A DNA stretch of 64,000 nucleotides. Origin: Malacoraja senta. Lineage: Eukaryota. Shown piece after piece: positions 62,135-64,000 of the stretch. Below the pieces are notes generated by a model. It searched no databases. It was not told where the DNA came from and saw nothing but the letters and a program-made list of their open reading frames with translations. How positions within the stretch are numbered: position 1 is the stretch's first letter; each line of letters opens with the position of its first letter. A program made the position numbers and the translations under genes. Location: the NCBI GenBank assembly GCA_038087875.1, contig CM075992.1:8558001-8622000 (forward strand), written 5' to 3'.

Positions 62135-64000
62135 ATACCATTTGAAGCAGGATGCCAGGCCACGAAATACAAATGCAGTCTCATACCATTTCAAGCAGGG
62201 TGCAAGGCCACCAAATTCAAATGCTCTCATACCATTTCAAGCAGGCTGCAAGGCCACCAAATTCAAATGCAGTCTCATACCATTTCAAGCAGGGTGCAAG
62301 GCCACCAAATGAAAATGCAGTCTCATACCATTTCAAGCAGGCTGCAAGGCCACCAAATGTGTCTCATACCATAAAAAGGAGGGTGCAAGGCCACCAAATT
62401 GAAATGCAGTCTCATACCATTTCAAACAGGGAGCAAGGCCACCAAATTGAAATGCAGTCTCATACCATTTCAAGCAGGGTGCAATGCCACCAAATTGAAA
62501 TGCAGTCTCATACCATTTCAAGCAGGGTGCAAGGCAACCAAATTGAAATGCAGGCTCATACCATTTCAAGCAGGGTGCAAGGCCACCAAATTGAAATGCA
62601 GTCTCATACCATTTCAAGCAGGCTGCAAGGCCACCAAATTCAATTCCAGTCTCATACCATTTCAAGCAGGCTTCAAGGCCACCAAATTGAAATGCAGTCT
62701 ACCATTTGATGTAGGCTGCAAGGCCAACAAATTCAAATGCAGTCTCATGGCATTTCACGCAGGCTGCAAGGCTACCAAATTCAAATGCAGTCTCATACCA
62801 TTTCAAGCAGGCTGCAAGGCCACCAAATTGAAATGGAGTCTCATACCATTTCAAGCAGGTGCAAGGCCACCACATTGTAATGCAGTCTCTTACCATTTCA
62901 AGCAGGATGCAAGGCCACCAAATTGAAATGCAGTCTCATACCATTTCAAGCTGGCTGGAAGGCCACCAAATTCAAATGCCGTCTCATACCATTTCAAGCA
63001 GGGTGCAAGGCCACCAAATTCAAATGCAGTCTCATACCATTTCAAGCAGGCTGCAAGGCCACGAAATTCAAATGCAGTCTCATACCATTTCAAGCAGGGT
63101 GTAAGGCCACCAAATTCAAATGCAGCCTCCTACCATTTCAAGCAGGGTGCAAGGCCACCAAATTCAAATACAGTCTCATTCCATTTCAAGCAGGCTGCAA
63201 GGCCACCAAATTCAATTCCAGTCTCATACCATTTCAAGCAGGCTTCAAGGCCACCAAATTGAAATGCAGTCTACCATTTCATGTAGGCTGCAAGGCCACC
63301 AAATTCAAATGCAGTCTCATGGCATTTCACGCAGGCTGCAAGGCTACCAAATTCAAATGCAGTCTCATACCATTTCAAGCAGGCTGGAAGGCCACCAAAT
63401 TCAAATGCCGTCTCATATCATTTCAAGCAGGGTGCAAGGCCACCAAATTCAAATGCAGTCTCATACCATTTCAAGCAGGCTGCAAGGCCACGAAATTCAA
63501 ATGCAGTCTCATACCATTTCAAGCAGGGTGTAAGGCCACCAAATTCAAATGCAGCCTCCTACCATTTCAAGCATGGTGCAAGGCCACCAAATTCAAATAC
63601 AGTCTCATTCCATTTCAAGCAGGCTGCAAGGCCACTAAATTCAATTCCAGTCTCATACCATTTCAAGCAGGCATCAAGGCCACCAAATTGAAATGCACTC
63701 ATACCATTTCATGTAGGCTGCAAGGCCAACAAATTCAAATGCAGTCTCATGCCATTTCATGCAGGCTGCAAGGCTACCAAATTCAAATGCAGTCTCATAC
63801 CATTTCTTGCAGGCTGCAAGGCCACCAAATTCAAATGCAGTCTCATACCATTTCAAGCAGGGTGCAAGGCCACCAAATTCAAATACAGTCTCATACCATT
63901 TCAAGCAGGGTGCACGGCCACCAAATTCAAATGCAGTCTCATACCATTTCAAGCAAGGTGTAAGGCCACCAAATTCAAATGAAGTCTCATAACATTTCAA
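62135..64000. repeat. 48-bp tandem satellite (TGCAGTCTCATACCATTTCAAGCAGGSTGCAAGGCCACCAAATTSAAA)n, about 39 copies, runs off the window end
   Basis: Direct reading; the 16-aa periodicity in the ORF track matches the unit length. Confidence 0.95.

Noticed and set aside
62135..64000. CRISPR-like array or repetitive Cys-rich protein gene
   Set aside because: Units are head-to-tail with no unique spacers, and the context is eukaryotic. ORFs occur in several frames on both strands and are broken by 46/47-bp units, so they are a by-product of the 48-bp period.

Overview
Repeat-dense eukaryotic DNA, almost certainly from a cartilaginous fish: it carries HE1/V-SINE-type SINEs and abundant CR1 LINEs, but the species cannot be fixed from sequence alone. 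Most of the window is nested transposons: CR1, two L1/Tx1-type LINEs (one with an open 1258-aa ORF2 and a 17-bp TSD), L2, Rex1/Babar, Penelope fragments with hammerhead-ribozyme-like motifs, a complete decayed Gypsy element, hAT-type MITEs, and a 48-bp satellite. Three host loci lie among them. (1) A beta-defensin locus that the ORF track misses: one intact two-exon gene (7472-7544 + 8272-8381, 60 aa) and two duplicated mature-peptide exons (1744-1859, 13443-13612) with no signal exon found for either in the window, both lacking Cys3 and strongly diverged at non-synonymous sites. (2) A + strand adhesion-GPCR (ADGRE/EMR-like) pseudogene, about 28.7-44.6 kb. (3) The intact 3' exons of a second ADGRE-like gene on the - strand (58.0-61.8 kb), tail-to-tail with the first. 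All alignments and counts were done by eye.
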